A DNA stretch of 64,000 nucleotides from Magnetospiraceae bacterium (lineage in GTDB: Bacteria > Pseudomonadota > Alphaproteobacteria > Rhodospirillales > JBMYUJ01), in the NCBI GenBank assembly GCA_049605255.1, contig JBMYUJ010000006.1:7608-71607 (forward strand), read 5' to 3'. This document shows positions 43,055 to 53,149 of the stretch, piece by piece. The first letter of the stretch is position 1. Each line of letters begins with the position of its first letter. A program made the translations under genes and the position numbers. The notes under the pieces were generated by a model. The model was not told the DNA's origin. It did not search any database and saw only the letters and a program-made list of their open reading frames with translations.

Positions 43055-44173
43055 CTGTTCGGGATCTATATCCATTGGCCGTTCTGCCTGTCCAAATGTC
43101 CCTATTGCGACTTCAACAGCCATGAGGCGCAGCGCATCGATAGTGCGGCCTGGGCCCAGGCCTATGACGCGGAACTGACAAGGTTTCACCGGGAAACCCA
43201 GGGACGAAAGGTGGACACGGTGTTTTTCGGCGGCGGCACACCGTCGCTCATGGACCCGGCGGTTACCGGGCAGGTTTTGGACACCATCGACAGGCTCTGG
43301 GGGTTTGCCCCCGACCCGGAAATCACCCTGGAGGCCAATCCGGGCACGGCGGAGGCCGGGCGGTTTGCCGCCTTCAAGGCGGCGGGGGTGAACCGTCTCT
43401 CCCTTGGCATCCAAAGTTTCGACGATACCCATTTGCGGTTCTTGGGCAGGGTGCATGACGCGGCGGAGGCATGCCGCGCCATCGATCTGGCCCAAAAGCA
43501 TTTTGACCGCTATTCCTTCGATCTGATCTACGGCCTGCCCGGGCAATCAGCGGATCATTGGCGGGGTCAGCTACAAACGGCATTCACCTTCGCGCCGGAT
43601 CACCTGTCTGCCTATCAGCTCACCATCGAAAAGGGCACGGTGTTTCACAAAACCGGCGTGCCCGCCGCGCCGGAAGAGCTGGGCGCCGATCTGTTTGACC
43701 TCACGCAGGAGGTTTTGGCGGCGGCAGGCCTGCCCGCCTATGAGGTATCCAACCACGCCCGGCCCGGCAGCGAATGCCGCCATAACCTGATCTATTGGCG
43801 GCTGGGAGACTGGATCGGCATCGGCCCCGGCGCCCATGGCCGGATCGGCGATCAGGCGATTCGGGAGGTTCCGAAACCGGAGACTTGGTTGGCCCGGGCC
43901 TTGGCGGGGCAGGGGGGCACCTTAGAACGGTTAACACTCTCCGCGTCGGAGCGGGCCGAAGAGATGGTGATGATGGGTTTGCGTCTCGTCGAAGGGGTCG
44001 ACACGGACTGGATCGCTACCCGTACGGGGCGAGTCTGGTCGGCGGTTGTAGCACAGGCGCCTCTCCATGAGCTTATTGGGGACGGTTACCTGCATTGGGA
44101 TGGAAAATTCCTGAAAACAACGCCTAAAGGACAATTAATTCTAAATTATATGCTCGGTATGTTATTGTCTTAA
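43055..44173 (+). CDS. hemW: Radical-SAM heme chaperone HemW (HemN-like), probable CTG start
   Basis: The radical-SAM motif IYIHWPFCLSKCPYCDFNS is encoded at 43064-43120, upstream of the first ATG/GTG/TTG (43211) and directly after the in-frame rdgB TAG (43049-43051). CTG at 43055 lies 7 nt after GAGGA (43043-43047). Confidence 0.85.
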   Translation: MFGIYIHWPFCLSKCPYCDFNSHEAQRIDSAAWAQAYDAELTRFHRETQGRKVDTVFFGGGTPSLMDPAVTGQVLDTIDRLWGFAPDPEITLEANPGTAEAGRFAAFKAAGVNRLSLGIQSFDDTHLRFLGRVHDAAEACRAIDLAQKHFDRYSFDLIYGLPGQSADHWRGQLQTAFTFAPDHLSAYQLTIEKGTVFHKTGVPAAPEELGADLFDLTQEVLAAAGLPAYEVSNHARPGSECRHNLIYWRLGDWIGIGPGAHGRIGDQAIREVPKPETWLARALAGQGGTLERLTLSASERAEEMVMMGLRLVEGVDTDWIATRTGRVWSAVVAQAPLHELIGDGYLHWDGKFLKTTPKGQLILNYMLGMLLS

Positions 44174-44324
44174 CGCTAAGCAAGAATTTCAAAACACAAC
44201 CCAAAACGGGCTTTAGCGCGCAGGGCCGGATCCGTAGGGATCGGGGCAGGGAAACCGCATCGGGAGACGGCGTTTTGCCGAAGGCAGATTGAAGAATTCC
44301 AAGAACGCATTTTCCAGTCCGGAA

Positions 44325-44951
44325 ATGGGCGCGGTAGCTCACCTGTATCGGGGGGAAGTCTATCGCAGCACCATCTGGCGGTCTCGCCTGGATACCACCA
44401 CCAACTGGGCGGTGGTCACAACGGGGATTGCCCTGTCGCTGAGTTATTCCCAGCCAGATTCCTCCCCTCTGCCGTTGATCCTGGTGGGCTTACTGATCGT
44501 GGTGTTCTTGTTGTTGGAAGCGCGGCGCTACCGCTATTTCAACGTCTGGCGCGCCCGCTGCCGCCTGATGGAGACGGATTTTTACGCCCCCATGCTGCGC
44601 GGCGAGGAAGTGGAATTGGATGGGGAGTGGAACACCCTCCTCGCCAATGATTATGAAAGACCCCGGTTCCATATCAGCTACCTGCGGTCGGTGGGGCGCC
44701 GTCTGCGCAAGAACTATGGGTATATCTTGGTGGTGCAGGCCTCCGCCTATTATGGCAAGCTGCTGATCCATCCGGCGCCGCTGGGCTCCGTGGCCGAGCT
44801 TTTCCATCGGGCCTCGATTGGTGCCATCCCGGGGCAATTGGTCATTTTGGCAGGTGTTTTCTTCCATGGGTTCTGGCTGTTCATGGCCCTTTACACCCTG
44901 CGGATTGAAAGACAGCACCGCCGCCCCGACGCGCTGATTTCCATCGCCTGA
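44325..44951 (+). CDS. DUF2270-like integral membrane protein
   Basis: N-terminus AHLYRGEVYRSTIWRSRLDTTTNWAVVTTG followed by TM helices. Start uncertain (ATG 44325 or the track's TTG 44289). Confidence 0.6.
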   Translation: MGAVAHLYRGEVYRSTIWRSRLDTTTNWAVVTTGIALSLSYSQPDSSPLPLILVGLLIVVFLLLEARRYRYFNVWRARCRLMETDFYAPMLRGEEVELDGEWNTLLANDYERPRFHISYLRSVGRRLRKNYGYILVVQASAYYGKLLIHPAPLGSVAELFHRASIGAIPGQLVILAGVFFHGFWLFMALYTLRIERQHRRPDALISIA

Positions 44952-44960
44952 TTTATCGGC

Positions 44961-45899
44961 TTAGAGCCGGGCTTCGATGGCATCCCAGATGTCGGCTTCC
45001 AGCGCGCTGCCGTTGAACCGGTTGATTTCCTGGATACCGGTGGGCGAGGTGACATTGATCTCGGTCAGGTAATCGCCGATCACGTCGATGCCCACGAAGA
45101 TCAGGCCCTGTTCCTTCAAGGTGGGGCCGATGGCCTCACAAATCTCTTGTTCCCGCGTGGTGAGCTCCGTGGCCACGGCCTGGCCGCCCACATGCATGTT
45201 AGACCGCGCTTCGCCCTGGGCCGGGATACGGTTGACGGCGCCTGCCGGTTTGCCATTCACCAAAATGATCCGCTTATCGCCCTTGCGCACCTCGGGAAGA
45301 TATCTCTGCACGATCACGGGTTCGCGGAAAATGCCGCCGAAAAGCTCCAACAAGGAATTCAGGTTCTCATCCCCCGGCGGCAGATGGAAAACACCCGCAC
45401 CGCCGTTTCCAAACAAGGGCTTAACGATGATATCTTGATGTTCTGCACGAAATTCCTCCACCAGGTCTCGCCGATTGGCGATCAGGGTGGGCGGGAGCAG
45501 ATCGGGAAAATGGGTGACCAGCAGTTTTTCCGGCGCATTGCGCACATTCACCGGATCGTTCACCACCAGGGTTTCGGGATGCACATGTTCCAGCAAATGG
45601 GTTGCGGTGATGTAGGACATGTCGAACGGCGGGTCCTGGCGCATCAACACCACATCAAGTTCCGCCAGATCCATCCAGGAGGGATCGCCCAGGCTATGAT
45701 GGTTGCCATGCTCCCGCCGCAAGGTGAGCGGGCGCACATAGGCCATTACACGGTTGCGATGAAAGGCGAGATCCCGCGGCAGGTAATGATACAGGCGATA
45801 CCCCCGCTTGAGGGCTTCCAGGCCCAGGACGAAGGAGGAATCCCCGTTGATATCGATGGTTTCCACGGGGTCCATCTGCAGGGCGACGCTGAGAGTCAT
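44961..45899 (-). CDS. gshB: Glutathione synthetase (ATP-grasp)
   Basis: 312 aa. [45 protein letters not shown] and EINVTSPTG motifs. Confidence 0.9.
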   Translation of the reverse strand: MTLSVALQMDPVETIDINGDSSFVLGLEALKRGYRLYHYLPRDLAFHRNRVMAYVRPLTLRREHGNHHSLGDPSWMDLAELDVVLMRQDPPFDMSYITATHLLEHVHPETLVVNDPVNVRNAPEKLLVTHFPDLLPPTLIANRRDLVEEFRAEHQDIIVKPLFGNGGAGVFHLPPGDENLNSLLELFGGIFREPVIVQRYLPEVRKGDKRIILVNGKPAGAVNRIPAQGEARSNMHVGGQAVATELTTREQEICEAIGPTLKEQGLIFVGIDVIGDYLTEINVTSPTGIQEINRFNGSALEADIWDAIEARL

Positions 45900-45905
45900 G
45901 GCGCG

Positions 45906-45938
45906 ATCCGGTTATCTGTCTTTAAGGGTTAACCGGAT
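45906..45938. promoter_or_regulatory. 9-bp perfect inverted repeat ATCCGGTTA-N15-TAACCGGAT immediately upstream of the gshB start
   Basis: Arms at 45906-45914 and 45930-45938. The gshB ATG is at 45899-45897 on the - strand, so the hairpin or operator ends 6 nt before the start codon. No SD is recognisable. Confidence 0.35.
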
Positions 45939-45961
45939 TGGTAACACGGTTTCGGGAAGGG

Positions 45962-46573
45962 TCAAGAACTCTCCCGCGCGACCACCTGCTGCTGGGGCAG
46001 CACGCGCACATGGCTGACCACCCGGTGTGCCCCATCGATGTCCCGTAAATGGCCGATCACCCGCTCCAATTCCGGGCCGTTGCGGGCGATACCCATCACA
46101 TGGATCACCCGGTCATGGGTGGTGAGGGAATAATTGATGGCATGAACCTGGGAATCGAAGGCGAGGCGGGCATTGGCTTTCGCGGAAATCCAGGCATCTT
46201 GCGAGAAATCCGCCAGATCGCCGGGCCCGGTGAGGTAAATCTCGTTGATCACTTCTTCCACACCGTCCACACGCCAGGCGGCGGCCAAGGCCACCGCGCG
46301 CGTGTTTTCATCTTCCACTCCGCCCGCCAACAAGACCCGGCCTTCATAGGCATCCACCCCCATGGCGGCGGCGAGCCCGGCATCTTCTTCCAGCAGGTTT
46401 GCCCGCACCTTGGCGATCAGCAGCGTGTCCTTCGCGGCCACTTTTAGGCCCCGTTCCTGGAAAGCGGCGACACCGATGGTGGCCCCGGCCCCCACGGCCA
46501 CGCCGGTGGCGGTGCAGCCCGCGACCGCCAAGGCGGCGAGCATCAATAACATCAGGGGAACGGCTTTGAGCAT
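45962..46573 (-). CDS. BON-domain lipoprotein (OsmY/YraP-like)
   Basis: Lipobox LAVAGC after a hydrophobic leader. Two BON-like units (VDAYEGRVLLAGGV..., LTTHDRVIHVMGIA...). Confidence 0.75.
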   Translation of the reverse strand: MLKAVPLMLLMLAALAVAGCTATGVAVGAGATIGVAAFQERGLKVAAKDTLLIAKVRANLLEEDAGLAAAMGVDAYEGRVLLAGGVEDENTRAVALAAAWRVDGVEEVINEIYLTGPGDLADFSQDAWISAKANARLAFDSQVHAINYSLTTHDRVIHVMGIARNGPELERVIGHLRDIDGAHRVVSHVRVLPQQQVVARESS

Positions 46574-46639
46574 GACCTGAGGCTCTGCGGCTAAGTTATG
46601 GTGGACACACATATTCTGCCCGCAAAAAGTGAAGGTTTT

Positions 46640-47017
46640 CTAAACCTGCCCCGCTGGACGCCAGGCATCGGCCATATGTTGCAAGCGCGCCGACCCCGCC
46701 ACCAGGAACACATCGAATCGCATATCGAGATCGGCGCCTTTGGGGAGATGTGCCATATAGGCCAGGGCCGCTTTTTCGATGCGGCGTTGTTGCTGCGGGG
46801 TGAGGGAGGCGGCGGCGGTGACCGCATCCGGCCGAGACTTGACCTCTATAAAGGCCACCACCCGGCCCCGACGGGCGACGATATCCAGCTCGCCCACCGG
46901 GCTACGCAGGCGCCGCGCGAGAATGCGGTAGCCCTTCAGCCGCAAATACCAAACAGCCAGGGTTTCCGCCCAAATCCCCGCGCGGTAGGCGGTTTGCCGT
47001 TTTTCTTTAGTCCGCAT
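46640..47017 (-). CDS. YraN-family (UPF0102) endonuclease-like protein
   Basis: 125 aa. GELDIVARRGRVVAFIEVKSR is the restriction-endonuclease-like core. Overlaps the rsmI 3' end by 11 nt. Confidence 0.8.
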   Translation of the reverse strand: MRTKEKRQTAYRAGIWAETLAVWYLRLKGYRILARRLRSPVGELDIVARRGRVVAFIEVKSRPDAVTAAASLTPQQQRRIEKAALAYMAHLPKGADLDMRFDVFLVAGSARLQHMADAWRPAGQV

Positions 47018-47885
47018 CTTTTACGACGGCCAAGGCCTGGGCATAGACCTGCTTGCGCGGCAATCCGGTTTCCGCCACCACCTGGGCCACCGCATCGCGC
47101 AAGGAGTTTTCCGCCAGCACGGCGCGCAGCCGGTCCGCGAGCGCCGCCGGATCCAGGGCGGGTTTTGCATCGGGCGGCGCGACCACCACCACCACTTCGC
47201 CCTTCGGGGGGCCATGTTCCGCGTAATGGTCGGCCAATTCAGGCAAAGAGCCATTGCGCAATTCCTCGAACATCTTGGTCAGTTCCCGGGCGACGCAGGC
47301 CTCCCGATCTCCAAGCATCTCCGCCATATCCGCCAGGCTGGCGGCGAGGCGCTTGGGCGATTCCAAAATGACCAAAGTTGCTGGAATAGGGGCGAGGTCG
47401 GCCAGGGTTGCTTTCCGCGCCACGGTTTTCGGCGGCAGAAATCCGGCGAACATAAACCGGTCCGCGGGCAGGCCAGACAGGGTCAGCGCCGCCAACACGG
47501 AGGAGGCCCCAGGTACCGTGGTGACCGGCAATCCGGCGGCCCGGCAGTCCCGCACCAGTTTCTGGCCGGGATCGGAAATCAATGGCGTGCCCGCATCGGA
47601 AATCAACGCCACGATCTCACCACGGGCCAGGCGTTCCAGCAATTTGGGCCGCACCCTGGCCGCATTATGGTCATGATAGGGGATCAGGGTGCTCTTGATG
47701 CCATAGAGGGACAGCAATTTGCCGGAAACCCGAGAATCTTCGCAGGCGATCACCTGGGCGGCGCGCAACACATCCAACGCGCGCAGGCCCAGATCGCGGG
47801 CGTTGCCGATGGGGGTCGCCACCAGGTAAAGGCCGGGTGCCACGGGTTTACTCTCGGGGCCTTCGGCATTAGGGTAAGCTGTCAT
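47007..47885 (-). CDS. rsmI: 16S rRNA (cytidine1402-2'-O)-methyltransferase
   Basis: LYLVATPIGNARDLGLRALDVL, CEDSRVSGKLL, and SDAGTPLISDPG are tetrapyrrole-methylase-fold RsmI motifs. Confidence 0.9.
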   Translation of the reverse strand: MTAYPNAEGPESKPVAPGLYLVATPIGNARDLGLRALDVLRAAQVIACEDSRVSGKLLSLYGIKSTLIPYHDHNAARVRPKLLERLARGEIVALISDAGTPLISDPGQKLVRDCRAAGLPVTTVPGASSVLAALTLSGLPADRFMFAGFLPPKTVARKATLADLAPIPATLVILESPKRLAASLADMAEMLGDREACVARELTKMFEELRNGSLPELADHYAEHGPPKGEVVVVVAPPDAKPALDPAALADRLRAVLAENSLRDAVAQVVAETGLPRKQVYAQALAVVKDAD

Positions 47886-47911
47886 GCCGGGGCCCTGGGA
47901 GGGAGACCAAG

Positions 47912-49144
47912 ATGCCGCCGTTTCATCGTTTGATCCTGTCGTTCATGATGTGCGTCTTGTTGTTGTCCGGGGCGGCTTGCACCTCTAACCGGGCGCAACA
48001 GGGTGGGCCCGACAATAACGGTACGGAAATCACTGTGACCGGGCCCAATACGGATGTCCAGGACCCGGGCGATTTCAACTATACCGGCAATGCAATCCTC
48101 ATCAATGGCAAGGTCCGGGTGGCGGTGCTGCTGCCCTTAAGCGGGCGGGCGGCCAAAGTGGGCAAATCCATCTTGAACGCGGCGCAGATGGCCCTGTTCG
48201 AATTCGGCAATACCATGGTGGAGCTGCGCCCCTATGATACCCGGGGCACCGAAGATGGCGCCGCCAGCGCCGCCCTGTTGGCGGTGGATGAGCAGGCCTC
48301 CCTGGTGCTGGGGCCGTTGTTTTCCGAGTCGGTCTTGGCGGTGACGCCGATCCTGCAAGGCGCGGGGGTGCCGGCGGTCGCGTTTTCCAACAATATGTCA
48401 GTCGCCGATGATGGTATTTTCGTGATGGGCTTCCTGCCCAGCCAGGAGGTGGATACGGTGGTGCGATTCGCCATCTCCCGGGGGGTCGATCGGCTGGCGA
48501 TCCTGGCGCCCGATAACGATTACGGCAATATCGCGGTGGAGGCGCTGAGCAACGCCGCCTATGACCAGGGGGCGACCCTCGCCCATGTGGCGCTCTATGA
48601 TCCGGAAGCGGGAGACCCCACCCCGGTGGTCAAGGAATTGGCCCAACGCTATACCCGCGATCGTGCCTATAACGGGCTGTTGTTGGCGGAAGGCGGGCGG
48701 CGCCTGGCCTCCGTTGCCGCCTTGCTGCCGTACTACTACATCGATCCAAAACGGGTGCAGATCATGGGCACCGGGCAATGGGATGTGCCGGGCATCGGCA
48801 CGGAACCGGCCCTGAACGGCGCCTGGTTCGCCGCCCCATCGGACGCGACGCGGGCTGCTTTCATGGAACGATATGAACGCACCTATGGGGAACCACCGGC
48901 GCGGTTGGCGACTCTGGGGTATGATGCCGCCGCCCTGGCGGTGGTGCTCGCGGGCCGGGAAGGCGGGCCGGATTATTCCCCCGAAGCCATTACCGACCCC
49001 AAAGGCTTCGCGGGCCAAGATGGGGTGTTCCGCTTTTTCTATTCCGGCGGCAATGAACGGGGTTATGCCATCAAACAGGTGGAGGACCGGGAAAATAGGG
49101 TGCTGGTGCCCGCGCCGACCACTTTCGACACGCTTGGATTCTGA
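47912..49144 (+). CDS. Periplasmic-binding-protein-fold lipoprotein (LpoA / LppC-like penicillin-binding protein activator)
   Basis: Signal peptide ending LLSGAAC. A type-1 PBP-like fold (VAVLLPLSGRAAKVGKSILNAAQMAL). Divergent from rsmI with only a 26-bp gap, as for lpoA in enterobacteria. Confidence 0.65.
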   Translation: MPPFHRLILSFMMCVLLLSGAACTSNRAQQGGPDNNGTEITVTGPNTDVQDPGDFNYTGNAILINGKVRVAVLLPLSGRAAKVGKSILNAAQMALFEFGNTMVELRPYDTRGTEDGAASAALLAVDEQASLVLGPLFSESVLAVTPILQGAGVPAVAFSNNMSVADDGIFVMGFLPSQEVDTVVRFAISRGVDRLAILAPDNDYGNIAVEALSNAAYDQGATLAHVALYDPEAGDPTPVVKELAQRYTRDRAYNGLLLAEGGRRLASVAALLPYYYIDPKRVQIMGTGQWDVPGIGTEPALNGAWFAAPSDATRAAFMERYERTYGEPPARLATLGYDAAALAVVLAGREGGPDYSPEAITDPKGFAGQDGVFRFFYSGGNERGYAIKQVEDRENRVLVPAPTTFDTLGF

Positions 49145-49230
49145 TCCCCGGGCGGGGATGCGGACGGAAGGCGGCGAGGGGCTAACGCGTTACCCCGATC
49201 CTACAATCCAGAACTGGCGGAAGGGTTGTT

Positions 49231-49254
49231 GACCCCCGGATCAGGCCCGGGGGC
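49231..49254. repeat. REP-like GC-rich hairpin, copy C
   Basis: GACCCCCGGATCAGGCCCGGGGGC. A 7-bp stem CCCCCGG/CCGGGGG with loop ATCAGGC. Lies in the lpoA-like / infC convergent gap. Confidence 0.5.
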
Positions 49255-49278
49255 TGGCGATGCCGAGAAGCGGCGCCG

Positions 49279-49821
49279 TTATGAGACCTTGGGCGCCAAG
49301 ACCATCACCATCTGGCGGCCTTCCATGCGGGGATGTTGTTCGACCTTGGTGGCTTCCTCGGTTTCGTCACGCACCCGTTCGAGCACTTTCATGCCCAACT
49401 CCTGGCGGCTGAGTTCCCGACCGCGGAAACGCAAGGTGACTTTGACCTTGTCGCCATTGTCGATGAATTTGTTAATGGCCCGCATCTTGACCTGATAATC
49501 ATGCTCGTCGATGCCCGGGCGCATCTTGATTTCCTTTACCTCGACGGTCTTTTGCTTTTTGCGCTGTTCGTGGCGCTTTTTCTGCGCCTCGTATTTATAT
49601 TTGCCGTAATCGAGGATTTTGCAGACGGGCGGGTCGGCGTTCGGAGAAACTTCGACCAGGTCGAGGCCCACTTCCCGCGCCATTTCCAAAGCTTCCCTGG
49701 AGGAGACGACGCCCACCATCTCTCCGTCGGCGTCGACAAGTCGGACCTTATCGATCTCGATGAATTCATTTACGCGGGGTCCCTCGCGGGACGGTTGCGC
49801 CTGCATCGGTTGTCTGGCTAT
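49279..49821 (-). CDS. infC: Translation initiation factor IF-3, probable ATA start
   Basis: IF3 N- and C-domains ([46 protein letters not shown]). AGGAG (49833-49829) sits 7 nt before an in-frame ATA (49821-49819), giving (M)ARQPMQAQ. The first ATG (49806) has no SD. Confidence 0.9.
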   Translation of the reverse strand: MARQPMQAQPSREGPRVNEFIEIDKVRLVDADGEMVGVVSSREALEMAREVGLDLVEVSPNADPPVCKILDYGKYKYEAQKKRHEQRKKQKTVEVKEIKMRPGIDEHDYQVKMRAINKFIDNGDKVKVTLRFRGRELSRQELGMKVLERVRDETEEATKVEQHPRMEGRQMVMVLAPKVS

Positions 49822-49914
49822 CGTAAAACTCCTCTATGACGCCAAAATACGGCGCGGTGAGGTCTCCCGCCTATTCCAAAGCGGAGAGGTCACCTTTGCG
49901 CCGTTCGGCTTGTG

Positions 49915-51843
49915 TTAAGCAGGGCCCGCACCCAACGGACCCGCTGCTTCCTCAATTAATCTATCAATTGCCTCGGAGAGCGCAAGCACTTCCTGCGCCT
50001 TACCGCCCAGCCGCCGCAAGGCAACCGTGCCTTCTTCGGCCTCCCGCGCGCCCACAACGGCCAGCACCGGCACCTTGGCATGGCTATGTTCGCGCACCTT
50101 GAAATTGATCTTTTCGTTGCGCAGGTCGGTTTCCACCCGCAAGCCCGCAGCCCGCAGCTTTTTTGCGGTTTCTTCCGCATAACCATCGGCGGCCTCGGTA
50201 ATGGTGGCGACCACTACCTGCACCGGGGCGAGCCAGAGCGGCAGCCGCCCGGCGGTATTTTCGATCAAAATGCCCATGAAACGCTCGAAAGTGCCGAGAA
50301 TTGCCCGGTGCAGCATAACAGGGCGGTGTTTTTCCCCATCCTCGCCCACATAGTTGGCATCCAGCCGTTCGGGCAGCACGAAATCCACCTGCAAGGTGCC
50401 GCATTGCCAATCCCGGCCAATGGCATCGCGCAAGACGAATTCCAGCTTCGGACCATAAAAGGCGCCTTCGCCGGGGTTCAGGGTCCATTCCAGGCCCGCC
50501 GCCTCGGTGGCTTCTTTCAGGGCGCCCTCGGCCCGGTCCCAGGTTTCGTCCGATCCGGCGCGCACTTCCGGCCGGTCGGAGAACTTCACCACCACCGACT
50601 CGAACCCCAGGTCTTTGTAGACCGAGGTCAACAGGGCGCAAAATTCCTTGGTCTCCGACACGATCTGATCTTCGGTGCAGAAGATATGCGCATCATCCTG
50701 CACGAAAGCGCGCACCCGCATCAGCCCATGCAGCGCACCCGAGGGTTCGTACCGGTGGCAGGAGCCGAACTCGGCCATGCGCAAGGGCAGGTCCCGGTAG
50801 CTTTTGATGCCCTGCCGGAAAATCTGCACATGGCAGGGGCAGTTCATGGGTTTCAGCGCCAGGAACCGTTCATCGGCTTCGCTGATGAACATATTATCGC
50901 GGAACTTTTCCCAATGGCCGGAGGCTTCCCACAGGGCGCGGTCCACCAGCTCCGGCGTGTTCACTTCCACATAGCCCGCGTCTTCCAAGCGGCTGCGCAT
51001 GTAGTTTTGCAGCATGCGATACACGGTCCAGCCCTTTGGATGCCAGAACACGCCGCCTTGCGCCTCTTCTTGCAGGTGGAACAGGTCCATTTCCCGGCCC
51101 AGGCGACGATGATCGCGCTTTTCCGCCTCTTCCAACATATGAAGATAAGACCGTAACTGCTTGGGATCGGACCAAGCTGTACCATAAATCCGCTGCAACA
51201 TGGCATTGCGCGAATCGCCCCGCCAATAGGCGCCAGCCAGTTTCATCAGCTTGAAAGCCTTGCCCAGCTTGCCCGTGCTCGGCAAATGCGGGCCCCGGCA
51301 CACGTCGAACCAGTCACCCTGGCGATAGATGGTCACCGGCTCGTCCGGGGCGATGATATCCTCGATAATCTCCGCCTTATAGGCCTCGCCCATATCGGCG
51401 AAAGTCTTTTTCGCCTGCTCCCGGTCCCAGACCTCGCGCACGATGGGCAGATCGCGGTCGACGATCTCCGCCATGCGCTTTTCGATCAGTTCCAGTTCTT
51501 CCAGCTTGAACGGCTCGTTGCGGGCGAAATCGTAATAGAACCCGTTCTCGATGGCCGGGCCGATGGTCACCTGGGTACCGGGGAACAGCTCCTGCACCGC
51601 CTGGGCCATCACATGGGCAGCATCGTGGCGCAGCAGTTCCAGGGCGTCATCGTCCTTGGCGGTCACCAGGGAGACGGCGGCATCCCGCGCGATTTCCCGG
51701 GTCAGGTCCCACATTTCCCCATCCACGCGCACGGCCAGCGCCGCCTTGGCCAATCCGGGGCCAATATCGGCGGCGATAGTCTGCCCGCTCACCGGTCCGT
51801 CATAGGATTTGACAGCGCCGTCGGGGAGGGTGATCGCAACCAT
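49915..51843 (-). CDS. thrS: Threonine--tRNA ligase
   Basis: 642 aa. TGS domain ([11 protein letters not shown]), editing domain ([10 protein letters not shown]), class II core ([25 protein letters not shown]) and anticodon-binding domain. Confidence 0.95.
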   Translation of the reverse strand: MVAITLPDGAVKSYDGPVSGQTIAADIGPGLAKAALAVRVDGEMWDLTREIARDAAVSLVTAKDDDALELLRHDAAHVMAQAVQELFPGTQVTIGPAIENGFYYDFARNEPFKLEELELIEKRMAEIVDRDLPIVREVWDREQAKKTFADMGEAYKAEIIEDIIAPDEPVTIYRQGDWFDVCRGPHLPSTGKLGKAFKLMKLAGAYWRGDSRNAMLQRIYGTAWSDPKQLRSYLHMLEEAEKRDHRRLGREMDLFHLQEEAQGGVFWHPKGWTVYRMLQNYMRSRLEDAGYVEVNTPELVDRALWEASGHWEKFRDNMFISEADERFLALKPMNCPCHVQIFRQGIKSYRDLPLRMAEFGSCHRYEPSGALHGLMRVRAFVQDDAHIFCTEDQIVSETKEFCALLTSVYKDLGFESVVVKFSDRPEVRAGSDETWDRAEGALKEATEAAGLEWTLNPGEGAFYGPKLEFVLRDAIGRDWQCGTLQVDFVLPERLDANYVGEDGEKHRPVMLHRAILGTFERFMGILIENTAGRLPLWLAPVQVVVATITEAADGYAEETAKKLRAAGLRVETDLRNEKINFKVREHSHAKVPVLAVVGAREAEEGTVALRRLGGKAQEVLALSEAIDRLIEEAAGPLGAGPA

Positions 51844-51932
51844 GGGTCAAAAGCTTTCGTCGGGTTATGGGTAAAAAACGGTTCAGCGGCGGAAGATTGG
51901 GGTTTTTGCGGAGGCTGTCAAGGTTTGCCGGG

Positions 51933-53084
51933 TTATAGCAACTCCGCATACACATTGATCGTGCGCGCACACATCAGGGCGGTGGTGTAATTCTGCTGCA
52001 CATGGGTGCGGGCGTTCTCCGCCAAAAGGGCGCGCGCATCCGGCGGCAGGTCGATGGCGGCGGCCACCGCCTCGGCCAGGGCGCCCACATCATGGGGCGG
52101 CACCAAGGTGCCGGTTTTGCCCGGAATTACCGTTTCCTGCGCCCCGCCATGGTCGGTGGCGATCACCGCCCGGCCCATGGCCTGGGCCTCGATGGCGACG
52201 CGGCCGAAGGCTTCGGGCTCCAAGGAGGCCGAAACCACCACATCGGCCAACAGATAGGCCACATCCATATCCTTGCACGGCCCCATGAGCCAGACCCGGT
52301 CTTGCAGTCCGCGTTTCTTGATCAGCGATTCCAGTTCCCTGCGATAGGCGCTGCGGCCCTGATCATCGCCCACGATCAACCATTTCAGGTCCTCCCGATC
52401 CAGTTCCGCCGCCGCTTCGATGAAGGGGATTTGCCCTTTCCAACGGGTCAGGCGGCCCGGCAGCATCACCGTGCGGGCGCCATCGGGCAGGCGCCATTGC
52501 TGGCTGAGCGCGATCAGGCGCCTGGCGGAGACCAGATCGGGGTCGAATCGGTCCGTATCCACGCCGCGCGGGATGATGCGCAGGCGGTCCGGGTCCAGGG
52601 GATAGAGGGTTTGGATATGATTGGCGATGAAATCGGAGATGGCGATCACCCGGTCCCCCGCCGTCATCACCGCGTTATAGCGGCGCTTCAGGAAATTTTT
52701 TGCGCCATAGGTGCCATGGAAGGTGGTGACCAGGGGGGTGCCCGTGCGCCGGGTGGCGTAGAGCGCGCTCCAGGCAGGGGCGCGAGACCGGGCATGGACC
52801 AGATCCACCTTTTCCCGCCCGATCAGTTTCCGCAGGCGCCCGCTATTCATCAAAATGCTGCCAGGATCGCGTTTTTCCAGGGGCAGCGGGATATGAATGC
52901 CGCCGACGCGGGCCAGATCCCGTTCCATCCCGCCCCCGGCAGAGGCCACCAGGGCACGCCCCCCCGCCGCCGTGATCGCCGCCGCCATTTCGATGGTGCC
53001 CCGTTCCACCCCGCCGGTTTCCAGCGCGGGCAGGACCTGGAGAATCGTGCGCCCCGAGAGGCTGTGGGAGGGTTGCGGTTCCAT
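51933..53084 (-). CDS. Glycosyltransferase family 4 (GT-B, group 1)
   Basis: N-terminus ILQVLPALETGGVERG and a C-terminal EPEAFGRVAIEAQAMGRAVIATDHGGAQE motif. ATG at 53084 (AAAGG, 7-nt spacer) preferred to the track's GTG at 53135. Confidence 0.8.
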   Translation of the reverse strand: MEPQPSHSLSGRTILQVLPALETGGVERGTIEMAAAITAAGGRALVASAGGGMERDLARVGGIHIPLPLEKRDPGSILMNSGRLRKLIGREKVDLVHARSRAPAWSALYATRRTGTPLVTTFHGTYGAKNFLKRRYNAVMTAGDRVIAISDFIANHIQTLYPLDPDRLRIIPRGVDTDRFDPDLVSARRLIALSQQWRLPDGARTVMLPGRLTRWKGQIPFIEAAAELDREDLKWLIVGDDQGRSAYRRELESLIKKRGLQDRVWLMGPCKDMDVAYLLADVVVSASLEPEAFGRVAIEAQAMGRAVIATDHGGAQETVIPGKTGTLVPPHDVGALAEAVAAAIDLPPDARALLAENARTHVQQNYTTALMCARTINVYAELL

Positions 53085-53149
53085 GGCCACGCCTTTAAAA
53101 CACGGCGCAGAGCCGAGGACAAGAATCCTTACCACAAAGGATGCACCCC

